Assembly: GCA_042408215.1 (NCBI GenBank)
Contig: JAYFMW010000008.1
Location: 224,001 to 288,000, forward strand
DNA length: 64,000 bases
DNA from: Microcoleus sp.
Lineage (GTDB): Bacteria; Cyanobacteriota; Cyanobacteriia; Cyanobacteriales; Microcoleaceae
Direction of reading: 5' to 3'
The translations under genes and the position numbers were made by a program. Below the pieces are notes generated by a model that was given only the letters and a program-made list of their open reading frames with translations, was not told where the DNA came from and did no database searches. How positions within the stretch are numbered: position 1 is the first letter of the stretch; each line of letters opens with the position of its first letter. Of the stretch, positions 27,856 to 36,208 are shown in pieces.

Positions 27856-30123
27856 TTATTGCAAATTCTTTTTCTCCTCCAATTCATTTAGTATATTTAT
27901 CAATTTAGCCATGTCAGGACTAAGTGTATCTAACTGAGAAGCTAATTCTTTTTTTTCACCACTACTAAGTTTTTGGTTCTCCAAAGATTTTTTTAAACCA
28001 TTCCTGTAGCTTTCCAAATAGCCATCAATTTGCCCAAAATATTGATTGATCGCCTCTTTAATATCTTTGTTGATAAAAGCATCAACCGCTCTTTCTATTG
28101 ACTGCCGATTGTCTTCCATTTTTGTGCTGAATTGAGTCTCAAACTTTGACCTTGAGACTGTGTAGGTTTCATCAGTCCACCAAACCTTGTCGCTAAAGAA
28201 GAATTGGCCAGTTTTCTTAAGGAATGAATTTTTCTTAGATTCGTAATCAAATGAGATATAACGAGACGTGCTGATCGCTGATACTTTAATATCTAACCGC
28301 AAGGGAGATAAATCAACGCTAAAAGCCTTCTCAATATCGTATTTAATTTTCCTGACAAGGGGTTCTGTGTTTTCCTCTAAGAAACGACGGATATCACCCA
28401 TCGTATAATCTACTTGCTTGCTAATTGCTGAAAGTGCAGAATCTATAGCATTCTCTATCTTCCGTTCAGCAATTTTCTCAATCTTAACCTTCCAACTCTT
28501 GAACTCATCTTTACTCATCTCGTCGGTATAAGCCGTAGCACTATCTGAGAAGATTTGCTTAATCTCGCCAGGAAGCTCCTTATCTCGAAAAGCAGTAGAA
28601 AGAGTTAACTGTGCATCTCTTCGCAATTTATCCGTGTAAGTAGTTACTTTGTTAAGGCTGCTTCTTTGTTCCTCGAAATTTTCGAGTTGGGTTTGAAGCG
28701 AACTTATCATAAGGCTTAAGTCGTTTGCTTCTTGATCAAGTCCACTACGCTGTAACTTAATTTGATCGGATATGTGGGAAAGCTTGCTTCGGCATACCTT
28801 AAGTGCTGAATTTATACTGAGTCCCAACGCATTAGGTATCAAACCTTCAATAACTGGCTCTAAAAACTTACTGAAATTAGAATCTTCCCACAAATCGTCA
28901 GCTACTTGTTTTGCTGATTCAATATTCGCTCTTTCTAATTGACGCTCAGTTGCTTTGCCAGCGCCAGATTGAGCTTCAAAAAGCGGACGCATAATATCTT
29001 TAGTCAGCCCTTGCTTATTTCGCTGATACTCTTTGTAAAATTCTCTCGCAGCTAAGGCATATAAGCCTGATACGGGAAATACCTGTTTCTCTGCATTAAA
29101 ATCAGTACCCTCAAACTTCTTGCCTATATCTTTCTTAATTTCGGCTTCATTTTGTTCCCCTCCTTTCCTTGCATCATATTTGTTGCACAAGACATAGATA
29201 TTTTCTGCACCTCTATTAGCTACCATTTTCCTTACTGCGTTAAGCGTCTCGATAGCTGCTGCATTGTTAGGCACTGTGTAGTCAACAATTGTTAGTACCA
29301 AGGAGCTTTGCTCCAATTGTCTAGACATTACATCATAAAGAATTTTCTTCAACATTTGTTGAATTTTCTCATTAGAACTACCTTCATCTGCGCCAGGAGT
29401 ATCTATCAGTACAAGTTTGCCGATGGAGTCGGATCTAGGAATGTTAGAGAAGGGAATAAAAGGCGCTGTTATTCTTGGATATTCACGTAGGGAAAGAATA
29501 TCATCTACCTCAACTTCCATCAAGAGACACATTCGGACTATATGATTTATTCCGGTAAGAAATCGGGAAATACTATCTGTACCATTCACTTTGGTCGGAA
29601 GAGTATCCCATTTACCAGCTTGGATATCATTAGCCAACCCTAAAAGATAACTATACTCTTGAAGCTCATTTTCTACTTGCTTACTACCTTTACGAGTAAT
29701 TTGTTTTTTGAGATTTAAAGTCAACTTCTCCAATATTTTTTTGGCATCATTAGGCAATAAAAGAGAGGGATTATCCACACCTACAACAAGTTCAATTTCG
29801 GTGGGTAAACTTGTCATTCCCTTATTATGTGATGGTAGTAACTTCATCCCACTAATAGCATTGATAACTGTGGATTTTCCTGCTTTCATGGGGGCAATAA
29901 TAGAAATTGATAGCTCTGCCTTTGTTACCTTTCTGACTTCGTTATCAATAATGTCTTTTTCCTTAGTATAGCCGCCCTTCAGTACGGACTCAACTTTAGC
30001 TATCAACAAACTGCTTTTTTGTAAAATGTCAAGAGTTTCATGTTGCAAATGAGTAATCTTAGATTGTTGATTCTTAGCGTCTTTCATAATTCCACCCTTT
30101 TTTTGCTCTGCTATTTCTCCCAT
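27856..30123 (-). CDS. Bacterial dynamin-like GTPase (CrfC/YjdA-like)
   Basis: APMKAGKSTVINA (G1), LP....MTSLPT (G2), DTPG (G3), NKYD (G4) and a long coiled-coil C-terminus. Confidence 0.85.
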   Translation of the reverse strand: MGEIAEQKKGGIMKDAKNQQSKITHLQHETLDILQKSSLLIAKVESVLKGGYTKEKDIIDNEVRKVTKAELSISIIAPMKAGKSTVINAISGMKLLPSHNKGMTSLPTEIELVVGVDNPSLLLPNDAKKILEKLTLNLKKQITRKGSKQVENELQEYSYLLGLANDIQAGKWDTLPTKVNGTDSISRFLTGINHIVRMCLLMEVEVDDILSLREYPRITAPFIPFSNIPRSDSIGKLVLIDTPGADEGSSNEKIQQMLKKILYDVMSRQLEQSSLVLTIVDYTVPNNAAAIETLNAVRKMVANRGAENIYVLCNKYDARKGGEQNEAEIKKDIGKKFEGTDFNAEKQVFPVSGLYALAAREFYKEYQRNKQGLTKDIMRPLFEAQSGAGKATERQLERANIESAKQVADDLWEDSNFSKFLEPVIEGLIPNALGLSINSALKVCRSKLSHISDQIKLQRSGLDQEANDLSLMISSLQTQLENFEEQRSSLNKVTTYTDKLRRDAQLTLSTAFRDKELPGEIKQIFSDSATAYTDEMSKDEFKSWKVKIEKIAERKIENAIDSALSAISKQVDYTMGDIRRFLEENTEPLVRKIKYDIEKAFSVDLSPLRLDIKVSAISTSRYISFDYESKKNSFLKKTGQFFFSDKVWWTDETYTVSRSKFETQFSTKMEDNRQSIERAVDAFINKDIKEAINQYFGQIDGYLESYRNGLKKSLENQKLSSGEKKELASQLDTLSPDMAKLINILNELEEKKNLQ

Positions 30124-30210
30124 TTTCTTTGGAAATCAAAGCTTTGCCAACTCAAAAATGTTCAGTTTTGTTAGTAATTTTGTGAGCTACTCCAACTCAC
30201 CCTATGTGAA

Positions 30211-30256
30211 AAATGTTGGCAAATGCCAGAAAATGTTGGAAAATGTTAGGTATAAT
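30211..30256 (+). promoter_or_regulatory. Four phased 10-bp direct repeats abutting a TATAAT box in the divergent promoter region
   Basis: AAATGTTGGC AAATGCCAGA AAATGTTGGA AAATGTTAGG TATAAT. Confidence 0.65.
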
Positions 30257-30285
30257 ACGAAAAATCCCAACATCCACGATGCTGC

Positions 30286-31692
30286 ATGAATCTTAAGGAA
30301 GTGTTAAAAATGGCTGACGAGATGGTCTTTGCCAAAACGGGTCAGCACCTCGATAACTTACAAGAAGCAATTCTGCGAGGAACCATGCAAGGTGAGAAAT
30401 ATACCAAAATTGCCGAGGAGATTCACTGTAACGAGAGTTATGTTAGGGATGTTGGCTCAAAGTTATGGCCGATACTCTCAGAAGAATTGGGAGAAAAAGT
30501 TACTAAATCGAATTTTAGATCAGCCATGCAGAGGTGGCAAATTTCTCATGTTACAAACTTTGCACAAGACGTTGTAGCCATCAGTAGTTTTAACACCTGT
30601 GGACAAGCCAGACACCCACCAGAACTATCAAAATCACATCCACCAAATCAGGAAACATCTAACTCAAAAGAACCTGAAACCCTACATCAAGATTTAAGTG
30701 AAATGCCGGATTTGGGTGATTTCTTCGATCGCACCCCCCAACTCCAAACCCTCACAACCTGGATTCTACAACAAAACAGCCGCCTCATCACCCTCACTGG
30801 CATCAGCGGAATCGGCAAAACAACCCTAGCAGTACAACTCGTACAACAAATCAAAGACGAGTTTGAGTACACAGTTTGGTGCACACTAGACGAATTCCCC
30901 ACCATAGATAAATTCCAATCTAACCTAATACAGCTTTTTTCCAATTCCGAAAAACAAGATTTATCCCCAACAAACCAGAAACGCTTACCGCTGATTAAGT
31001 ATTTGCAAAACCATCGATGTTTAATAGTTTTAGATGACGTTCACCACCTTTTCTGTAGCGGCGAATCGGCAGGAAAATACAAACCAGAATGCGAAGAATA
31101 TCGCTCTTTATTCAAACAAATAGAAAAATTATCCCATCAAAGTTGCTTGCTGCTAATCGGTTGGGAACAACCCAGAGAAGTGACTCAAGTTAAAAGCCAA
31201 AATACTGCCATTCGTAGCTTACAACTCAAAGGTTTAGACATAGCAGCCGCCGGGGAAATACTGAGAGATCATGGGTTAGCAGAAATCGACAACAGCGAAG
31301 CACTCATTCATCGCTACCAAGGTAATCCCCTATGGTTAAAAAGCGTGGCGACTCTGATCCAAGACTTGGGTGGAGGCGTGACAGAGTTATTACCAAATGA
31401 TACCATATTGTTGCCGGAAGATTTGAAAGATGTTTTACAGCAGCAGTTCGATCGCCTATCGGAACTAGAAAAACAAGTAATCTCCTTGTTGGCGAGGGAA
31501 AGCCAGCCAGTCGATCGGGCAAAATTACTTGAAAATGATACAATTCCGCTACCAGATTTGGCAAATGCGCTGCAATCTCTATCGCGGCGCTGCTTGATAG
31601 AACAACAAGGAAGTAGTTACACTGTGCCGCCTGTGTTGAAGCAGTATATCAAAACTAGATTATCCCACTTAACAAACATCGACAATGAATAA
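30286..31692 (+). CDS. N-terminal HTH + NB-ARC (STAND) ATPase lacking C-terminal repeat sensor
   Basis: HLDNLQEAILRG....KY..IA HTH, FFDRT, GISGIGKTTLA Walker A, LIVLDDV Walker B, YQGNPLWL, C-terminal winged helix. Confidence 0.88.
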   Translation: MNLKEVLKMADEMVFAKTGQHLDNLQEAILRGTMQGEKYTKIAEEIHCNESYVRDVGSKLWPILSEELGEKVTKSNFRSAMQRWQISHVTNFAQDVVAISSFNTCGQARHPPELSKSHPPNQETSNSKEPETLHQDLSEMPDLGDFFDRTPQLQTLTTWILQQNSRLITLTGISGIGKTTLAVQLVQQIKDEFEYTVWCTLDEFPTIDKFQSNLIQLFSNSEKQDLSPTNQKRLPLIKYLQNHRCLIVLDDVHHLFCSGESAGKYKPECEEYRSLFKQIEKLSHQSCLLLIGWEQPREVTQVKSQNTAIRSLQLKGLDIAAAGEILRDHGLAEIDNSEALIHRYQGNPLWLKSVATLIQDLGGGVTELLPNDTILLPEDLKDVLQQQFDRLSELEKQVISLLARESQPVDRAKLLENDTIPLPDLANALQSLSRRCLIEQQGSSYTVPPVLKQYIKTRLSHLTNIDNE

Positions 31693-31697
31693 ACTTT

Positions 31698-32024
31698 TCA
31701 AACAACACCGCTTGTCAACTCTTGTTTCATCAAATTCGGCAACAATGCCAAAACATCCAAATACCACCACCAACGCTGAGGTGTAATCTCCTCAAATTTG
31801 CGCTTCTGGGTTAAATCCACAAATCTCGACAACTCCTCATAAAACTCCCTTGCTTGTTCAACTAACCGTCGATCGGCATTTGCCAATAAACCCTTCTCTT
31901 CCTCACTCAGTTGAGATTCAACTTTTGCCAACTCATCTCTAAGTTGCAACATTTCTAAATGTTCAGCCCCACTCACATCAGGAAATTCAACCATTACACA
32001 ATAGTTTTTTACCAAAATATTCAT
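31698..32024 (-). CDS. Hypothetical protein with P..WWWYLD motif, candidate antitoxin/immunity protein
   Basis: Acidic, helical 108-aa ORF; ATGA overlap with the upstream gene. Confidence 0.7.
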   Translation of the reverse strand: MNILVKNYCVMVEFPDVSGAEHLEMLQLRDELAKVESQLSEEEKGLLANADRRLVEQAREFYEELSRFVDLTQKRKFEEITPQRWWWYLDVLALLPNLMKQELTSGVV

Positions 32025-32401
32025 AACAAATCCTTAATTAAACCTACATAAATAAACATTGAATTAGCCAGGTAGCTTTCCGGTTCCTTTGGAGGAAAAG
32101 CCGTTTCTAAAACTCCATCCAAGCCCATCATTACCAGCCATATGGTGTTATTTACACTGCTGGTAACTGTCGGATAAAACGTTTTTCCGTAGACGTACAT
32201 ATAAACTTTAGCGTCAGCATCCCTAACAATAAAACTGATAACTCCATTATATTCTTCAAGGGTCGCGTCCGGCTCTAAATGGCCTAAATTAATCCTTTTG
32301 AGTAAATGAGACATTGCTTTTCCAGGTTTCCAGAGAATTCCGTCTCTCACCCGCTCAATTGCCTGCACAACCTCTAATTGCCTACCTTCATCAAAAATCA
32401 A
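32021..32401 (-). CDS. Hypothetical protein, candidate RNase-type toxin
   Basis: H..KR...GH...EEY and WLV....G.LETAFPP motifs; translationally coupled to the next gene. Confidence 0.65.
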   Translation of the reverse strand: MIFDEGRQLEVVQAIERVRDGILWKPGKAMSHLLKRINLGHLEPDATLEEYNGVISFIVRDADAKVYMYVYGKTFYPTVTSSVNNTIWLVMMGLDGVLETAFPPKEPESYLANSMFIYVGLIKDLL

Positions 32402-32411
32402 CTTTAACCTT

Positions 32412-32556
32412 ATACCAATTTAATGGGTCGTTGCATATATCTCGATCCCCCTAAATCCCCCTTAAGAAGGGGGACTTTGAGAAGAATCTTGTCCCCCCCT
32501 TATTAAGGGGGGCTAGGGGGGATCGGATTCTATGCAGCCTCATAAAAAATTGGTAT
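32412..32556. mobile_element. Small MITE-like element containing a GATCCCCC...GGGGGATC palindromic core
   Basis: Terminal inverted repeats ATACCAATTT / AAATTGGTAT; the core is a near reverse complement of 22243-22340. Confidence 0.6.
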
Positions 32557-32630
32557 TACCTGAGAAAAACTGAACTGCAAACAAACATATCATAACCTAT
32601 TGGGCATTCCCAAACAAATTACAAAACCTA

Positions 32631-32854
32631 AGTTCGATCGCCTATCGGAACTAGAAAAACAAGTAATCTCCTTGTTGGCGAAAGAAAGCCAGCCAGTCGA
32701 TCGCACAAAATTACTTGAAAATGACATAATTCCGGTGTCAGATTTGGCAAATGCGCTGCAATCTCTATCGCGGCGTTGCTTGATCGAAAAACAAGGAAGT
32801 AGTTACACTGTGCCGCCTGTGTTGAAGCAATATGCGATCGCCCATGCAGTGTAG
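32631..32854 (+). pseudogene. Duplicate 3' end of the NB-ARC gene
   Basis: About 200 bp nearly identical to 31445-31643 (FDRLSELEKQVISLLA...YTVPPVLKQY). Confidence 0.88.
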
Positions 32855-32975
32855 ATACAACAATTGCTTGCATTCTCGCGCTTCACCCAAATTACTAGGA
32901 GTGGCAATGGGCGATCGGGTAAATGGGGCGATCGGTTCGATAGAATGATCGGTAGTCGCAATTCCATTGTTTGCC

Positions 32976-33317
32976 ATGACGCTAAAAGAATTAGAGCCTC
33001 AACTGCTGGCACTCTCTGACGACGAAAAAGCTCAAGTCGTTCAACTCCTATCCCAAGGTAAAATCACTGCTTGGCGCGGGATTGAAAAAACCCCTGGTGT
33101 TTGTGGCGGCTCGGCCTGCATTGCTGGAACTCGCATCACCGTTTGGGGACTTGTAGAAGCTCGTCGCATTGGCTATAGCGAAGCCGATTTACTCACAAGC
33201 TATCTATCCCTCTCTGCTACTGATATTGCCCACGCTTGGGCATACGCCGAAGCATTCTCCGATGAAATTGAAACAGAAATTAGGGAAAATGATCAAGTGA
33301 TGGACGAGGATTTGTAA
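32976..33317 (+). CDS. DUF433-family antitoxin
   Basis: IEKTPGVCGGSACIAGTRITVW motif. Confidence 0.9.
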   Translation: MTLKELEPQLLALSDDEKAQVVQLLSQGKITAWRGIEKTPGVCGGSACIAGTRITVWGLVEARRIGYSEADLLTSYLSLSATDIAHAWAYAEAFSDEIETEIRENDQVMDEDL

Positions 33318-33320
33318 CGC

Positions 33321-33668
33321 ATGGCACGTCTCTATGCCGATGAGCAATACCCCTATCCTGTTGTAGAATTACTGCGAGCTTTAGGACAGGATGTTTTGAC
33401 TGTCCAAGAAGCAGGCAGAGCGAATCAGAAAATTCCTGACCCGGATGTTTTAGCTTTTGCTAGTAGCGAAAAACGTGCCGTCATTACCGAAAACCGTAAA
33501 GATTTCTTTCGGCTGCACCGCATACAGCCCCTTCATGCTGGCATTATCGCTTGTACGAACGATCGCAATTGGGAAGCGCTGGCTAACCGAATTCACACTG
33601 CGATCGCAGCTGCAGAACCTTTAGAAGGTAAACTGATTCGTGTTGTGCGCCCGGGTGTGTCACCGTAG
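33321..33668 (+). CDS. DUF5615 (PIN-like) toxin
   Basis: LYADEQYP, DVLTV, PDPDVLAFA...RAVITENRKDF, HAGII. Confidence 0.88.
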   Translation: MARLYADEQYPYPVVELLRALGQDVLTVQEAGRANQKIPDPDVLAFASSEKRAVITENRKDFFRLHRIQPLHAGIIACTNDRNWEALANRIHTAIAAAEPLEGKLIRVVRPGVSP

Positions 33669-33808
33669 TACGATCGAGCTTCTACATCAAACTCCTAGAT
33701 ACATAAACTCGCACAAACAAAAACCGGGCAACTCAAAAGCTACCCGGAAATCCCAACTTTAGACTTCAGGACAAGGCAATGCCCTGTCCCTACCTCTGCT
33801 TAAAATTC

Positions 33809-34886
33809 TTAAACAGCTACAGCCTTCTTAGGAGCGCTCAATTCGCCCTTAGCATACTTAGCTGCAAAATCATCCAAAGACATTTGCTTGATTTTTGTAC
33901 CGTGGCCAGCAGCAGCCAAAAGATTGATAGCGATCGCTACAAACTTTTTGCATATACTTGATCGATGGCTTCAAGAAGTGACGAGGATCAAACTCGTCAG
34001 GCTTCGCAAACAAAGCTTGACGTACCGCAGCGGTAATCGCCAAACGGTTGTCAGTATCGATATTGATTTTGCGAACGCCACACTTAATGCCCTTTTGGAT
34101 TTCTTCCACAGGTACGCCGTAGGTTTCGCGGATTTTGCCACCGTTGCTGTTGATGATTTCCAGCAACTCTTGGGGCACAGAAGAAGAACCGTGCATTACC
34201 AAGTGAGTATTCGGCAAGCGGCGGTGAATTTCTTCAATGCGGCTGATTGCCAAAATTTCGCCAGTCGGCTTGCGAGTGAACTTGTAAGCGCCGTGAGAAG
34301 TGCCGATCGCCACTGCTAGAGCATCTACGCCAGTTTGCTCAACAAAATCAACAGCTTGTTCAGGATCTGTCAACAATTGATCGTGAGACAAAGCACCTTC
34401 AAAGCCGTGGCCATCTTCTGCTTCGCCCATTCCTGTTTCCAGAGAACCCAAGCAACCCAATTCGCCTTCGACGCTAACGCCGATCGAATGAGCAACATTC
34501 ACCACATCGCGAGTAACTTGGACATTGTACTCGTAGCTAGCAGGAGTTTTAGCATCTCCTTCCAGAGAACCGTCCATCATGACGCTGGTGAAACCTTGGC
34601 GCATGGCGGAATAGCAAGTACCAGGGGCATTACCGTGGTCTTGGTGCATGGAAATGGGGATGTGAGGATAGGTTTCAACTGCCGCCAAAATCAAGTGGCG
34701 CAGGAAATTTTCCCCAGCGTAGGTGCGAGCGCCGCGAGAAGCTTGCAAGATCACGGGGCTGTTGGTTTCATCAGCAGCGCGCATGATCGCTTGGATTTGC
34801 TCCATGTTATTGACGTTGTAAGCCGGTAGGCCGTAACCATTTTCAGCCGCGTGGTCGAGCAGCAGTCTCATAGGTACAAGCGCCAT
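33809..34886 (-). CDS. fbaA: Class II fructose-bisphosphate aldolase (apparent +1 frameshift at about 33914-33917)
   Basis: [35 protein letters not shown]. The normal C-terminus [25 protein letters not shown]...AVAV* lies in the shifted frame. Confidence 0.95.
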
Positions 34887-35094
34887 AGATATTCCTCCTA
34901 ATTATTTGTGGTTTCTGGGCAGTGAATTTTGGACAAGTTCAATTCTTACGACAATATTAAGACAATTTGCCACCGATCGCGCACTATCTTTCCAGATTTG
35001 TAATTTTGAAACCCAAAATTTTGAGCTTTGAACTCGGAGCCTTCGACTCAAAATTCAGGGCAGGCACGGGGGCACTGCCCCTACAAATTTTTTA

Positions 35095-35166
35095 TGGGTC
35101 GCCCGGGATTTGAACCCGAGACCAATCGGTTAAAAGCCGAATGCTCTACCGCTGAGCTAGCGACCC
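35095..35166 (-). tRNA. tRNA-Lys (anticodon UUU)
   Basis: GGGTCGCTAGCTCAGCGGTAGAGCATTCGGCTTTTAACCGATTGGTCTCGGGTTCAAATCCCGGGCGACCCA forms a cloverleaf; CCA is not encoded. Confidence 0.97.
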
Positions 35167-35234
35167 GCTCAAACTTTCGTTCTCGCACACTGTTTTTAAC
35201 ATTAGCACCCATCTCTAAAAATAGCAAGTCTTTT

Positions 35235-36113
35235 TCAAAAAAAAGTTGCCGTCATGCGAACCAGCATCTCGCAACTCGCGCCTGGGGGTAAATAAATCAG
35301 GTGTGCGCCTGTGTTTAGGGCATTCCGAGGGGCAGTCCAAGGTTCCAGACAGTAAAAATCCTTGCCCTTTAGCGTCCAGAAAACCAACCTCGCATAGCTG
35401 GAGTTGTAACTGAGGGTGAGGCGCAAGTCCCGCGCCGAGTCAGTGACAGTAGCAGCCAGACCGGTCAGCTCATCAAAAGAAACATCAATTTCATCCAGCG
35501 TCGGGTCAAAAACCCCTGTGAAGTAATCCTTGGAGTGAGTGTTGTGATCTCTGTACTGCATCCCAGGAATCTCAAAGCGCAGCTTGGTCTTGTCGGGAGC
35601 TAGAAAGTAAGGGTGTAAGCCGCTAGAAAAGGGCATAGGCTCCGCAGAAAGATTCGTGTATCGCTGAATAATTTCCAAAGAATTGCCTTTAATCTGATAA
35701 GTAAAGGCTAATTGGAAATCAAAGGGGTAAACAGCCAGGGTTCGATCGCTGCTTTCGAGAACCAAGGTAAGAGCCGCGCAACCATCCGTCACTTGTGAAG
35801 CAGCCACCCAAGGCTCGTCACGAGCAAAGCCGTGTTGTTTGAGCGTCCGCTGCACTCCTTTGTGAGTGTAAGTGTTGTCGGGAAGATTACCGCAGATCGG
35901 AAACTGAATTGGCATCCCGCCGCGTACAGTCAAATCTGGATTAGCGAACCGTTCCGCGTCCAAGTAGAAGATTTCTTTGCCTTCAACCAGCCAGCTAGTA
36001 GCTATACCGCCCCGTTCCGGCACCACTTCTAGACTGGAGTTAGCGGTTGCGTCCGAGAGGATATAGGTTTTGTACTGCTTTTGCTGGAGCGCGATCGCAA
36101 ACACATTTGTCAT
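35235..36113 (-). CDS. Aldose 1-epimerase family protein
   Basis: VRGGMPIQFPICG, QHGFARD, YPFDF, GLHPYF, FYCLEPW. Confidence 0.92.
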   Translation of the reverse strand: MTNVFAIALQQKQYKTYILSDATANSSLEVVPERGGIATSWLVEGKEIFYLDAERFANPDLTVRGGMPIQFPICGNLPDNTYTHKGVQRTLKQHGFARDEPWVAASQVTDGCAALTLVLESSDRTLAVYPFDFQLAFTYQIKGNSLEIIQRYTNLSAEPMPFSSGLHPYFLAPDKTKLRFEIPGMQYRDHNTHSKDYFTGVFDPTLDEIDVSFDELTGLAATVTDSARDLRLTLSYNSSYARLVFWTLKGKDFYCLEPWTAPRNALNTGAHLIYLPPGASCEMLVRMTATFF

Positions 36114-36208
36114 CGGTAGTAGGTCATCGATCATTGGTTGTCAATAAATTGGTGATTAATAGTAAGTCGCCGATCGTAATGCTATTCACCGATGACCGCC
36201 CAGCACCT

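Noticed and set aside
33809..34886. fbaA as a true pseudogene
   Set aside because: It is a core gene, otherwise intact, with a single indel in a context shared with another gene; a sequencing error is more likely.
35095..35166. tRNA-Lys as the integration site of the TA island
   Set aside because: fbaA lies between them, I found no duplicate of the tRNA 3' end, and there is no integrase.
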